Notes under the pieces: generated by a model
Seen by the model: the letters and a program-made list of their open reading frames with translations, nothing else
Told to the model about the DNA's origin: nothing
The model's database searches: none
In this document: positions 30,001-45,000 of the stretch, one piece after another
How positions within the stretch are numbered: the first letter of the stretch is position 1
Layout of the letters: every line of letters starts with the position of its first letter
Made by a program: the position numbers and the translations under genes
From: Eledone cirrhosa
Lineage: Eukaryota
NCBI GenBank assembly: GCA_964016885.1
Contig: OZ024741.1
Span: 130,448,001-130,512,000, forward strand
Reading direction: 5' to 3'
Length of the DNA stretch: 64,000 nt

Positions 30001-33000
30001 CTTTACAAATCATATTTGTCTGTGTAACAAGGGTTGAAAGCAGTGAACACACAACTTTACACATCATATTTGTCTGTGTATCTAGGGTTGGAAGCAGTGA
30101 ACATATAACTTTACACATCATATTTGTCTGTGTAACTAGGGTTGGAAGCGGTGAACATATAACTTTACACATCATATTTGTCTGTGTAACTAGGGTTGGA
30201 AGCAGTGAACATATAACTTTACACATCATATTTGTCTATGTAACTAGGGTTGGAAGCAGTGAACATATAACTTTACACATCATATTTGTCTGTGTAACTA
30301 GGGTTGGAAGCAGTGAACATATAACTTTACACATCATATTTGTCTGTGTAACTAGGGTTGGAAGCAGTGAACATATAACTTTACACATCATATTTGTCTG
30401 TGTAACTAGGGTTGGAAGCAGTGAACATATAACTTTACACATCATATTTGTCTGTGTAACTAGGGTTGGAAGCAGTGAAATTATAACTTTACACATCATA
30501 TTTGTCTGTGTAACTAGGGTTGGAAGCACTGAACATATAACTTTACACATCATATTTGTCTGTGTAACTAGGGTTGGAAGCGGTGAACATATAACTTTAC
30601 ACATCATATTTGTCTGTGTAACTAGGGTTGGAAGCAGTGAACATATAACTTTACACATCATATTTGTCTGTGTAACTAGGGTTGGAAGCAGTGAACATAT
30701 AACTTTACACATCATATTTGTCTGTGTAACTAGGGTTGGAAGCAGTGAAATTATAACTTTACACATCATATTTGTCTGTGTAACTAGGGTTGGAAGCGGT
30801 GAACATATAACTTTACACATCATATTTGTCTGTGTAACTAGGGTTGGAAGCAGTGAACATATAACTTTACACATCATATTTGTCTGTGTAACTAGTGTTG
30901 GAAGCGGTGAACATATAACTTTACACATCATATTTGTCTGTGTAACTAGGGTTGGAAGCGGTGAACATATAACTTTACACATCATATTTGTCTGTGTAAC
31001 TAGGGTTGGAAGCAGTGAACATATAACTTTACACATCACATTTGTCTGTGTAACTAGGGTTGGAAGCAGTGAACATATAATTTTACACATCATATTTGTC
31101 TGCGTAACTCGGGTTGGAAGCGGTGAACATATAACTTTACACATCATATTCGTCTGTGTAACTAGGGTCGGAAGCGGTGAACATATAACTTTACACATCA
31201 TATGTGTCTGTGTAACTAGGGTTGGAAGCAGTGAACATATAACTTTACACATCATATTTGTCTGTGTAACTAGGGTTGGAAGCAGTGAACATAGAACTTT
31301 ACACGTCATATTTGTCTGTGTAACTAGGGTTGGAAGCAGTGAACATATAACTTTACACATCATATTTGTCTGTGTAACTCGGGTTGGAAGCGGTGAACAT
31401 ATAACTTTACACATCATATTTGTCTGTGTAACTAGGGTTGGAAGCAGTGAATATATAACTTTACACATCATATTTGTCTGTGTAACTAGGGTTGGAAGCA
31501 GTGAACATATAACTTTACACATCATATTTGTCTGTGTAACTAGGATTGGAAGCGGTGAATATATAACTTCACAAATCATATTTGTCTGTGTAACTAGGGT
31601 TGGAAGCAGTGAACATATAACTTCACACATCATATTTTTCTGTGTAACTAGGGTTTGGAAGCGGTGAACATATAACTTTACACATCATATTTGTCTGTGT
31701 AACTCGGGTTGGAAGCAGTGAACATATAACTTTACACATCATATTTGTCTGTGTAACTAGGGTTGGAAGCAGTGAACATATAACTTTACACATCATATTT
31801 GTCTGTGTAACTAGGGTTGGAAGCGGTGAACATATAACTTTACACATCATATTTGTCTGTGTAACTAGGGTTGGAAGCCGTGAACATATAATTTAACACA
31901 TCATATTTGTCTGTGTAACTAGGGTTGGAAGCGGTGAACATATAACTTTACACATCATATTTGTCTGTGTAACAAGGGTTGGAAGAAGTGAACATATAAC
32001 TTTACAAATCATATTTGTCTGTGTAACAAGGGTTGGAAGCAGTGAGCACACAACTTTACACATCATATTTGTCTGTGTAACTAGGGTTGGAAGCAGTGAA
32101 CATATAACTTTACACATCATATTTGTCTGTGTAACTAGGGTTGGAAGCACTGAACATATAACTTTACACATCATATTTGTCTATGTAACTAGGGTTGGAA
32201 GCAGTGAACATATAACTTTACACATCATATTTGTCTGTGTAACTAGGGTTGGAAGCGGTGAACATATAACTTTACACATCATATTTGTCTGTGTAACTAG
32301 GGTTAGAAGCGGTGAACATATAACTTTACACATCATATTTGTCTGTGTAACTAGGGTTGGAAGCAGTGAAATATAACTTTACACATCACATTTGTCTGTG
32401 TAACTAGGGTTGGAAGCAGTGAACATATAATTTTACACATCATATTTGTCTGCGTAACTCGGGTTGGAAGCGGTGAACATATAACTTTACACATCATATT
32501 TGTCTTTGGAACTAGGGTCGGAAGCGGTGAACATATAACTTTACACATCATATGTGTCTGTGTAACTAGGGTTGGAAGCAGTGAACATATAACTTTACAC
32601 ATCATATTTGTCTGTGTAACTAGGGTTGGAAGCAGTGAACATAGAACTTTACACGTCATATTTGTCTGTGTAACTAGGGTTGGAAGCAGTGAACATATAA
32701 CTTTACACATCATATTTGTCTGTGTAACTCGGGTTGGAAGCGGTGAACATATAACTTTACACATCATATTTGTCTGTGTAACTAGGGTTGGAAGCAGTGA
32801 ATATATAACTTTACACATCATATTTGTCTGTGTAACTAGGGTTGGAAGCGGTGAACATATAACTTTACACATCATATTTGTCTGTGTAACTAGGGTTGGA
32901 AGCAGTGAACATATAACTTTACACATCATATTTGTCTGTGTAACTAGGGTTGGAAGCAGTGAACATATAACTTCACACATCATATTTTTCTGTGTAACTA

Positions 33001-36000
33001 GGGTTTGGAAGCGGTGAATATATAACTTTACACATCATATTTGTCTGTGTAACTAGGGTTGGAAGCAGTGAATATATAACTTTACACATCATATTTGTCT
33101 GTGTAACTAGGGTTGGAAGCAGTGAACATATAACTTTACACATCATATTTGTCTGTGTAACTAGGGTTGGAAGCGGTGAACATATAACTTTACACATCAT
33201 ATTTGTCTGTGTAACTAGGGTTGGAAGCCGTGAACATATAATTTAACACATCATATTTGTCTGTGTAACTAGGGTTGGAAGCGGTGAACATATTACTTTA
33301 CACATCATATTTGTCTGTGTAACAAGGGTTGGAAGAAGTGAACATATAACTTTACAAATCATATTTGTCTGTGTAACAAGGGTTGAAAGCAGTGAACACA
33401 CAACTTTACACATCATATTTGTCTGTGTAACTAGGGTTGGAAGCAGTGAACATATAACTTTACACATCATATTTGTCTATGTAACTAGGGTTGGAATTAG
33501 TGAACATATAACTTTACACATCATATTTGTCTGTGTAACTAAGGTTGGAAGCAATGAACATATAACTTTACACATCATATTTGTCTGTGTAACTAGGGTT
33601 GGAAGCAGTGAACATATAACTTTACACATCATATTTGTCTGTGTAACTAGGGTTGGAAGCAGTGAACATATAACTTTACACATCATATTTGTCTGTGTAA
33701 CTAGGGTTGCAAGCAGTGAACATATAACTTTACACATCATATTTGTCTATGTAACTTGGGTTGGAAGCAGTGAACATATAGCTTTACACATCATATTTGT
33801 CTGTGTAACTAGGGTTGGAAGCAGTGAACATATAACTTTACACATCATATTTGTCTATGTAACTAGGGTTGGAAGCAGTGAACATATAACTTTACACATC
33901 ATATTTGTCTGTGTAACTAGTGTTGGAAGCGGTGAACATATAACTTTACACATCATATTTGTCTGTGTAACTAGGGTTGGAAGCGGTGAACATATAACTT
34001 TACACATCATATTTGTCTGTGTAACTAGGGTTGGAAGCAGTGAACATATAACTTTACACATCACATTTGTCTGTGTAACTAGGGTTGGAAGCAGTGAACA
34101 TATAATTTTACACATCATTTTTGTCTGCGTAACTCGGGTTGGAAGCGGTGAACATATAACTTTACACATCATATTTGTCTGTGTAACTCGGGTTGGAAGC
34201 GGTGAACATATAACTTTACACATCATATTTGTCTGTGTAACTAGGGTTGGAAGCAGTGAATATATAACTTTACACATCATATTTTTCTGTGTAACTAGGG
34301 TTTGAAGCAGTGAACATATAACTTTACACATCATATTTGTCTGTGTAACTAGGATTGGAAGCGGTGAATATATAACTTCACAAATCATATTTGTCTGTGT
34401 AACTAGGGTTGGAAGCAGTGAACATATAACTTCACACATCATATTTTTCTGTGTAACTAGGGTTTGGAAGCGGTGAATATATAACTTTACACATCATATT
34501 TGTCTGTGTAACTAGGGTTGGAAGCAGTGAACATATAACTTTACACATCATATTTGTCTGTGTAACTAGGGTTGGAAGCAGTGAACATATAACTTTACAC
34601 ATCATATTTGTCTGTGTAACTAGGGTTGGAAGCGGTGAACATATAACTTTACACATCATATTTGTCTGTGTAACTAGGGTTGGAAGCCGTGAACATATAA
34701 TTTAACACATCATATTTGTCTGTGTAACTAGGGTTGGAAGCGGTGAACATATTACTTTACACATCATATTTGTCTGTGTAACAAGGGTTGGAAGAAGTGA
34801 ACATATAACTTTACAAATCATATTTGTCTGTGTAACAAGGGTTGAAAGCAGTGAACACACAACTTTACACATCATATTTGTCTGTGTAACTAGGGTTGGA
34901 AGCAGTGAACATATAACTTTACACATCATATTTGTCTATGTAACTAGGGTTGGAATTAGTGAACATATAACTTTACACATCATATTTGTCTGTGTAACTA
35001 AGGTTGGAAGCAGTGAACATATAACTTTACACATCATATTTGTCTGTGTAACTAGGGTTGGAAGCAGTGAACATATAACTTTACACATCACATTTGTCTG
35101 TGTAACTAGGGTTGGAAGCAGTGAACATATAATTTTACACATCATTTTTGTCTGCGTAACTCGGGTTGGAAGCGGTGAACATATAACTTTACACATCATA
35201 TTTGTCTGTGTAACTCGGGTTGGAAGCGGTGAACATATAACTTTACACATCATATTTGTCTGTGTAACTAGGGTTGGAAGCAGTGAACATATAACTTTAC
35301 ACATCATATTTGTCTGTGTAACTAGGGTTGGAAGCAGTGAACATATAACTTTACACATCATATTTGTCTGTGTAACTAGGGTTGGAAGCAGTGAAATTAT
35401 AACTTTACACATCATATTTGTCTGTGTAACTAGGGTTGGAAGCACTGAACATATAACTTTACACATCATATTTGTCTATGTAACTAGGGTTGGAAGCAGT
35501 GAACATATAACTTTACACATCATATTTGTCTGTGTAACTAGGGTTGGAAGCGGTGAACATATAACTTTACACATCATATTTGTCTGTGTAACTAGGGTTG
35601 GAAGCGGTGAACATATAACTTTACACATCATATTTGTCTGTGTAACTAGGGTTGGAAGCAGTGAACATATAACTTTACACATCATATTTGTCTGTGTAAC
35701 TAGTGTTGGAAGCGGTGAACATATAACTTTACACATCATATTTGTCTGTGTAACTAGGGTTGGAAGCGGTGAACATATAACTTTACACATCATATTTGTC
35801 TGTGTAACTAGGGTTGGAAGCAGTGAACATATAACTTTACACATCACATTTGTCTGTGTAACTAGGGTTGGAAGCAGTGAACATATAATTTTACACATCA
35901 TATTTGTCTGCGTAACTCGGGTTGGAAGCGGTGAACATATAACTTTACACATCATATTTGTCTGTGTAACTAGGGTCGGAAGCGGTGAACATATAACTTT

Positions 36001-39000
36001 ACACATCATATGTGTCTGTGTAACTAGGGTTGGAAGCAGTGAACATATAACTTTACACATCATATTTGTCTGTGTAACTAGGGTTGGAAGCAGTGAACAT
36101 AGAACTTTACACGTCATATTTGTCTGTGTAACTAGGGTTGGAAGCAGTGAACATATAACTTTACACATCATATTTGTCTGTGTAACTCGGGTTGGAAGCG
36201 GTGAACATATAACTTTACACATCATATTTGTCTGTGTAACTAGGGTTGGAAGCAGTGAATATATAACTTTACACATCATATTTGTCTGTGTAACTAGGGT
36301 TGGAAGCAGTGAACATATAACTTTACACATCATATTTGTCTGTGTAACTAGGATTGGAAGCGGTGAATATATAACTTCACAAATCATATTTGTCTGTGTA
36401 ACTAGGGTTGGAAGCAGTGAACATATAACTTCACACATCATATTTTTCTGTGTAACTAGGGTTTGGAAGCGGTGAACATATAACTTTACACATCATATTT
36501 GTCTGTGTAACTAGGGTTGGAAGCAGTGAACATATAACTTTACACATCATATTTGTCTGTGTAACTAGGGTTGGAAGCAGTGAACATATAACTTTACACA
36601 TCATATTTGTCTGTGTAACTAGGGTTGGAAGCGGTGAACATATAACTTTACACATCATATTTGTCTGTGTAACTAGGGTTGGAAGCCGTGAACATATAAT
36701 TTAACACATCATATTTGTCTGTGTAACTAGGGTTGGAAGCGGTGAACATATAACTTTACACATCATATTTGTCTGTGTAACAAGGGTTGGAAGAAGTGAA
36801 CATATAACTTTACAAATCATATTTGTCTGTGTAACAAGGGTTGGAAGCAGTGAGCACACAACTTTACACATCATATTTGTCTGTGTAACTAGGGTTGGAA
36901 GCAGTGAACATATAACTTTACACATCATATTTGTCTGTGTAACTAGGGTTGGAAGCACTGAACATATAACTTTACACTTCATATTTGTCTATGTAACTAG
37001 GGTTGGAAGCAGTGAACATATAACTTTACACATCATATTTGTCTGTGTAACTAGGGTTGGAAGCGGTGAACATATAACTTTACACATCATATTTGTCTGT
37101 GTAACTAGGGTTGGAAGCGGTGAACATATAACTTTACACATCATATTTGTCTGTGTAACTAGGGTTGGAAGCAGTGAACATATAACTTTACACATCATAT
37201 TTGTCTGTGTAACTAGGGTTGGAAGCAGTGAACATATAATTTTACACATCATATTTGTCTGCGTAACTCGGGTTGGAAGCGGTGAACATATAACTTTACA
37301 CATCATATGTGTCTTTGGAACTAGGATCGGAAGCGGTGAACATATAACTTTACACATCATATGTGTCTGTGTAACTAGGGTTGGAAGCAGTGAACATATA
37401 ACTTTACACATCATATTTGTCTGTGTAACTAGGGTTGGAAGCAGTGAACATAGAACTTTACACGTCATATTTGTCTGTGTAACTAGGGTTGGAAGCAGTG
37501 AACATATAACTTTACACATCATATTTGTCTGTGTAACTCGGGTTGGAAGCGGTGAACATATAACTTTACACATATTTGTCTGTGTAACTAGGGTTGGAAG
37601 CAGTGAATATATAACTTTACACATCATATTTGTCTGTGTAACTAGGGTTGGAAGCGGTGAACATATAACTTTACACATCATATTTGTCTGTGTAACTAGG
37701 GTTGGAAGCAGTGAACATATAACTTTACACATCATATTTGTCTGTATAACTAGGGTTGGAAGCCGTGAACATATAATTTAACACATCATATTTGTCTGTG
37801 TAACTAGGGTTGGAAGCGGTGAACATATAACTTTACACATCATATTTGTCTGTGTAACAAGGGTTGGAAGAAGTGAACATATAACTTTACAAATCATATT
37901 TGTCTGTGTAACAAGGGTTGAAAGCAGTGAACACACAACTTTACACATCATATTTGTCTGTGTAACTAGGGTTGGAAGCAGTGAACATATAACTTTACAC
38001 ATCATATTTGTCTGTGTAACTAGGGTTGGAAGCGGTGAACATATAACTTTACACATCATATTTGTCTGTGTAACTAGGGTTGGAAGCAGTGAACATATAA
38101 CTTTACACATCATATTTGTCTATGTAACTAGGGTTGGAAGCAGTGAACATATAACTTTACACATCATATTTGTCTGTGTAACTAGGGTTGGAAGCAGTGA
38201 ACATATAACTTTACACATCATATTTGTCTGTGTAACTAGGGTTGGAAGCAGTGAACATATAACTTTACACATCATATTTGTCTGTGTAACTAGGGTTGGA
38301 AGCAGTGAACATATAACTTTACACATCATATTTGTCTGTGTAACTAGGGTTGGAAGCAGTGAAATTATAACTTTACACATCATATTTGTCTGTGTAACTA
38401 GGGTTGGAAGCACTGAACATATAACTTTACACATCATATTTGTCTGTGTAACTAGGGTTGGAAGCGGTGAACATATAACTTTACACATCATATTTGTCTG
38501 TGTAACTAGCGTTGGAAGCAGTGAACATATAACTTTACACATCATATTTGTCTGTGTAACTAGGGTTGGAAGCAGTGAACATATAACTTTACACATCATA
38601 TTTGTCTGTGTAACTAGGGTTGGAAGCAGTGAAATTATAACTTTACACATCATATTTGTCTGTGTAACTAGGGTTGGAAGCGGTGAACATATAACTTTAC
38701 ACATCATATTTGTCTGTGTAACTAGGGTTGGAAGCGGTGAACATATAACTTTACACATCATATTTGTCTGTGTAACTAGGGTTGGAAGCAGTGAACATAT
38801 AACTTTACACATCATATTTGTCTGTGTAACTAGTGTTGGAAGCGGTGAACATATAACTTTACACATCATATTTGTCTGTGTAACTAGGGTTGGAAGCGGT
38901 GAACATATAACTTTACACATCATATTTGTCTGTGTAACTAGGGTTGGAAGCAGTGAACATATAACTTTACACATCACATTTGTCTGTGTAACTAGGGTTG

Positions 39001-42000
39001 GAAGCAGTGAACATATAATTTTACACATCATATTTGTCTGCGTAACTCGGGTTGGAAGCGGTGAACATATAACTTTACACATCATATTTGTCTGTGTAAC
39101 TAGGGTCGGAAGCGGTGAACATATAACTTTACACATCATATGTGTCTGTGTAACTAGGGTTGGAAGCAGTGAACATATAACTTTACACATCATATTTGTC
39201 TGTGTAACTAGGGTTGGAAGCAGTGAACATAGAACTTTACACGTCATATTTGTCTGTGTAACTAGGGTTGGAAGCAATGAACATATAACTTTACACATCA
39301 TATTTGTCTGTGTAACTCGGGTTGGAAGCGGTGAACATATAACTTTACACATCATATTTGTCTGTGTAACTAGGGTTGGAAGCAGTGAATATATAACTTT
39401 ACACATCATATTTGTCTGTGTAACTAGGGTTGGAAGCAGTGAACATATAACTTTACACATCATATTTGTCTGTGTAACTAGGATTGGAAGCGGTGAATAT
39501 ATAACTTCACAAATCATATTTGTCTGTGTAACTAGGGTTGGAAGCAGTGAACATATAACTTCACACATCATATTTTTCTGTGTAACTAGGGTTTGGAAGC
39601 GGTGAACATATAACTTTACACATCATATTTGTCTGTGTAACTAGGGTTGGAAGCAGTGAACATATAACTTTACACATCATATTTGTCTGTGTAACTAGGG
39701 TTGGAAGCAGTGAACATATAACTTTACACATCATATTTGTCTGTGTAACTAGGGTTGGAAGCGGTGAACATATAACTTTACACATCATATTTGTCTGTGT
39801 AACTAGGGTTGGAAGCCGTGAACATATAATTTAACACATCATATTTGTCTGTGTAACTAGGGTTGGAAGCGGTGAACATATAACTTTACACATCATATTT
39901 GTCTGTGTAACAAGGGTTGGAAGAAGTGAACATATAACTTTACAAATCATATTTGTCTGTGTAACAAGGGTTGGAAGCAGTGAGCACACAACTTTACACA
40001 TCATATTTGTCTGTGTAACTAGGGTTGGAAGCAGTGAACATATAACTTTACACATCATATTTGTCTGTGTAACTAGGGTTGGAAGCACTGAACATATAAC
40101 TTTACACATCATATTTGTCTATGTAACTAGGGTTGGAAGCAGTGAACATATAACTTTACACATCATATTTGTCTGTGTAACTAGGGTTGGAAGCGGTGAA
40201 CATATAACTTTACACATCATATTTGTCTGTGTAACTAGGGTTAGAAGCGGTGAACATATAACTTTACACATCATATTTGTCTGTGTAACTAGGGTTGGAA
40301 GCAGTGAAATATAACTTTACACATCACATTTGTCTGTGTAACTAGGGTTGGAAGCAGTGAACATATAATTTTACACATCATATTTGTCTGCGTAACTCGG
40401 GTTGGAAGCGGTGAACATATAACTTTACACATCATATTTGTCTTTGGAACTAGGGTCGGAAGCGGTGAACATATAACTTAACACATCATATGTGTCTGTG
40501 TAACTAGGGTTGGAAGCAGTGAACATATAACTTTACACATCATATTTGTCTGTGTAACTAGGGTTGGAAGCAGTGAACATAGAACTTTACACGTCATATT
40601 TGTCTGTGTAACTAGGGTTGGAAGCAGTGAACATATAACTTTACACATCATATTTGTCTGTGTAACTAGGGTTGGAAGCAGTGAATATATAACTTTACAC
40701 ATCATATTTTTCTGTGTAACTAGGGTTGGAAGCAGTGAACATATAACTTTACACATCATATTTGTCTGTGTAACTAGGGTTGGAAGCAGTGAATATATAA
40801 CTTTACACATCATATTTTTCTGTGTAACTAGGGTTGGAAGCGGTGAACATATAACTTTACACATCATATTTGTCTGTGTAACTAGGGTTGGAAGCAGTGA
40901 ACATATAACTTTACACATCATATTTGTCTGTGTAACTAGGGTTGGAAGCAGTGAACATATAACTTTACACATCATATTTGTCTGTGTAACTAGCGTTGGA
41001 AGCAGTGAACATATAACTTTACACATCATATTTGTCTGTGTAACTAGGGTTGGAAGCAGTGAAATTATAACTTTACACATCATATTTGTCTGTGTAACTA
41101 GGGTTGGAAGCACTGAACATGTAACTTTACACATCATATTTGTCTATGTAACTAGGGTTGGAAGCAGTGAACATATAACTTTACACATCATATTTGTCTG
41201 TGTAACTAGGGTTGGAAGCGGTGAACATATAACTTTACACATCATATTTGTCTGTGTAACTAGGGTTGGAAGCAGTGAACATATAACTTTACACATCATA
41301 TTTGTCTGTGTAACTAGGGTTGGAAGCAGTGAACATACAACTTTACACATCATATTTGTCTGTGTAACTAGGGTTGGAAGCAGTGAACATATAACTTTAC
41401 ACATCATATTTGTCTGCGGAACTAGGGTTGGAAGCAGTGAACATATAATTTTACACATCATATTTGTCTGCGTAACTCGGGTTGGAAGCGGTGAACATAT
41501 AACTTTACACATCATATTTGTCTGTGGAACTAGGGTCGGAAGCGGTGAACATATAACTTTACACATCATATGTGTCTGTGTAACTAGGGTTGGAAGCAGT
41601 GAACATATAACTTTACACATCATATTTGTCTGTGTAACTAGGGTTGGAAGCAGTGAACATAGAACTTTACACGTCATATTTGTCTGTGTAACTAGGGTTG
41701 GAAGCAGTGAACATATAACTTTACACATCATATTTGTCTGTGTAACTCGGGTTGGAAGCGGTGAACATATAACTTTACACATCATATTTGTCTGTGTAAC
41801 TAGGGTTGGAAGCCGTGAACATATAATTTAACACATCATATTTGTCTGTGTAACTAGGGTTGGAAGCGGTGAACATATTACTTTACACATCATATTTGTC
41901 TGTGTAACAAGGGTTGGAAGAAGTGAACATATAACTTTACAAATCATATTTGTCTGTGTAACAAGGGTTGAAAGCAGTGAACATATAACTTTACACATCA

Positions 42001-45000
42001 TATTTGTCTGTGTAACTAGGGTTGGAAGCAGTGAAATATAACTTTACACATCACATTTGTCTGTGTAACTAGGGTTGGAAGCAGTGAACATATAATTTTA
42101 CACATCATATTTGTCTGCGTAACTCGGGTTGGAAGCGGTGAACATATAACTTTACACATCATATTTGTCTTTGGAACTAGGGTCGGAAGCGGTGAACATA
42201 TAACTTTACACATCATATGTGTCTGTGTAACTAGGGTTGGAAGCAGTGAACATATAACTTTACACATCATATTTGTCTGTGTAACTAGGGTTGGAAGCAG
42301 TGAACATAGAACTTTACACGTCATATTTGTCTGTGTAACTAGGGTTGGAAGCAGTGAACATATAACTTTACACATCATATTTGTCTGTGTAACTCGGGTT
42401 GGAAGCGGTGAACATATAACTTTACACATCATATTTGTCTGTGTAACTAGGGTTGGAAGCAGTGAATATATAACTTTACACATCATATTTGTCTGTGTAA
42501 CTAGGGTTGGAAGCGGTGAACATATAACTTTACACATCATATTTGTCTGTGTAACTAGGGTTGGAAGCAGTGAACATATAACTTTACACATCATATTTGT
42601 CTGTGTAACTAGGGTTGGAAGCAGTGAACATATAACTTTACACATCATATTTGTCTGTGTAACTAGCGTTGGAAGCAGTGAACATATAACTTTACACATC
42701 ATATTTGTCTGTGTAACTAGGGTTGGAAGCAGTGAAATTATCACTTTACACATCATATTTGTCTGTGTAACTAGGGTTGGAAGCACTGAACATGTAACTT
42801 TACACATCATATTTGTCTATGTAACTAGGGTTGGAAGCAGTGAACATATAACTTTACACATCATATTTGTCTGTGTAACTAGGGTTGGAAGCGGTGAACA
42901 TATAACTTTACACATCATATTTGTCTGTGTAACTAGGGTTGGAAGCAGTGAACATATAACTTTACACATCATATTTGTCTGTGTAACTAGGGTTGGAAGC
43001 AGTGAACATACAACTTTACACATCATATTTGTCTGTGTAACTAGGGTTGGAAGCAGTGAACATATAACTTTACACATCATATTTGTCTGCGGAACTAGGG
43101 TTGGAAGCAGTGAACATATAATTTTACACATCATATTTGTCTGCGTAACTCGGGTTGGAAGCGGTGAACATATAACTTTACACATCATATTTGTCTGTGG
43201 AACTAGGGTCGGAAGCGGTGAACATATAACTTTACACATCATATGTGTCTGTGTAACTAGGGTTGGAAGCAGTGAACATATAACTTTACACATCATATTT
43301 GTCTGTGTAACTAGGGTTGGAAGCAGTGAACATAGAACTTTACACGTCATATTTGTCTGTGTAACTAGGGTTGGAAGCAGTGAACATATAACTTTACACA
43401 TCATATTTGTCTGTGTAACTCGGGTTGGAAGCGGTGAACATATAACTTTACACATCATATTTGTCTGTGTAACTAGGGTTGGAAGCCGTGAACATATAAT
43501 TTAACACATCATATTTGTCTGTGTAACTAGGGTTGGAAGCGGTGAACATATTACTTTACACATCATATTTGTCTGTGTAACAAGGGTTGGAAGAAGTGAA
43601 CATATAACTTTACAAATCATATTTGTCTGTGTAACAAGGGTTGAAAGCAGTGAACACACAACTTTACACATCGTATTTGTCTGTGTAACTAGGGTTGGAA
43701 GCAGTGAACATATAACTTTACACATCATATTTGTCTATGTAACTAGGGTTGGAATTAGTGAACATATAACTTTACACATCATATTTGTCTGTGTAACTAA
43801 GGTTGGAAGCAGTGAACATATAACTTTACACATCATATTTGTCTGTGTAACTAGGGTTGGAAGCAGTGAACATATAACTTTACACATCATATTTGTCTGT
43901 GTAACTAGGGTTGGAAGCAGTGAACATATAACTTTACACATCATATTTGTCTGTGTAACTAGGGTTGGAATCAGTGAACATATTACTTTACACATCATAT
44001 TTGTCTATGTAACTAGGGTTGGAAGCAGTGAACATATAACTTTACACATCATATTTGTCTGTGTAACTAGGGTTGGAAGCAGTGAACATATAACTTTACG
44101 CATCACATTTGTCTGTGTAACTAGGGTTGGAAGCAGTGAACATATAACTTTACACATCATATTTGTCTGTGGAACTAGGGTCGGAAGCGGTGAACATATA
44201 ACTTTACACATCATATGTGTCTGTGTAACTAGGGTTGGAAGCAGTGAACATATAACTTTACACATCACATTTGTCTGTGTAACTCGCGTTGGAAGCGGTG
44301 AACATATAACTTTACACATCATATTTGTCTTTGGAACTAGGGTCGGAAGCAGTGAACATATAACTTTACACATCATATGTGTCTGTGTAACTAGGGTTGG
44401 AAGCAGTGAACATATAACTTTACACATCATATTTGTCTGTGTAACTAGGGTTGGAAGCAGTGAACATAGAACTTTACACGTCATATTTGTCTGTGTAACT
44501 AGGGTTGGAAGCAGTGAACATATAACTTTACACATCATATTTGTCTGTGTAACTCGGGTTGGAAGCGGTGAACATATAACTTTACACATCATATTTGTCT
44601 GTGTAACTAGGGTTGGAAGCGGTGAACATATAACTTTACACATCATATTTGTCTGTGTAACTAGGGTTGGAAGCCGTGAACATATAATTTAACACATCAT
44701 ATTTGTCTGTGTAACTAGGGTTGGAAGCGGTGAACATATAACTTTACACATCCTATTTGTCTGTGTAACAAGGGTTGGAAGAAGTGAACATATAACTTTA
44801 CAAATCATATTTGTCTGTGTAACAAGGGTTGAAAGCAGTGAACACACAACTTTACACATCATATTTGTCTGTGTAACTAGGGTTGGAAGCAGTGAACATA
44901 TAACTTTACACATCATATTTGTCTGTGTAACTAGGGTTGGAAGCAGTGAACATATAACTTTACACATCATATTTGTCTGTGTAACTAGGGTTGGAAGCAG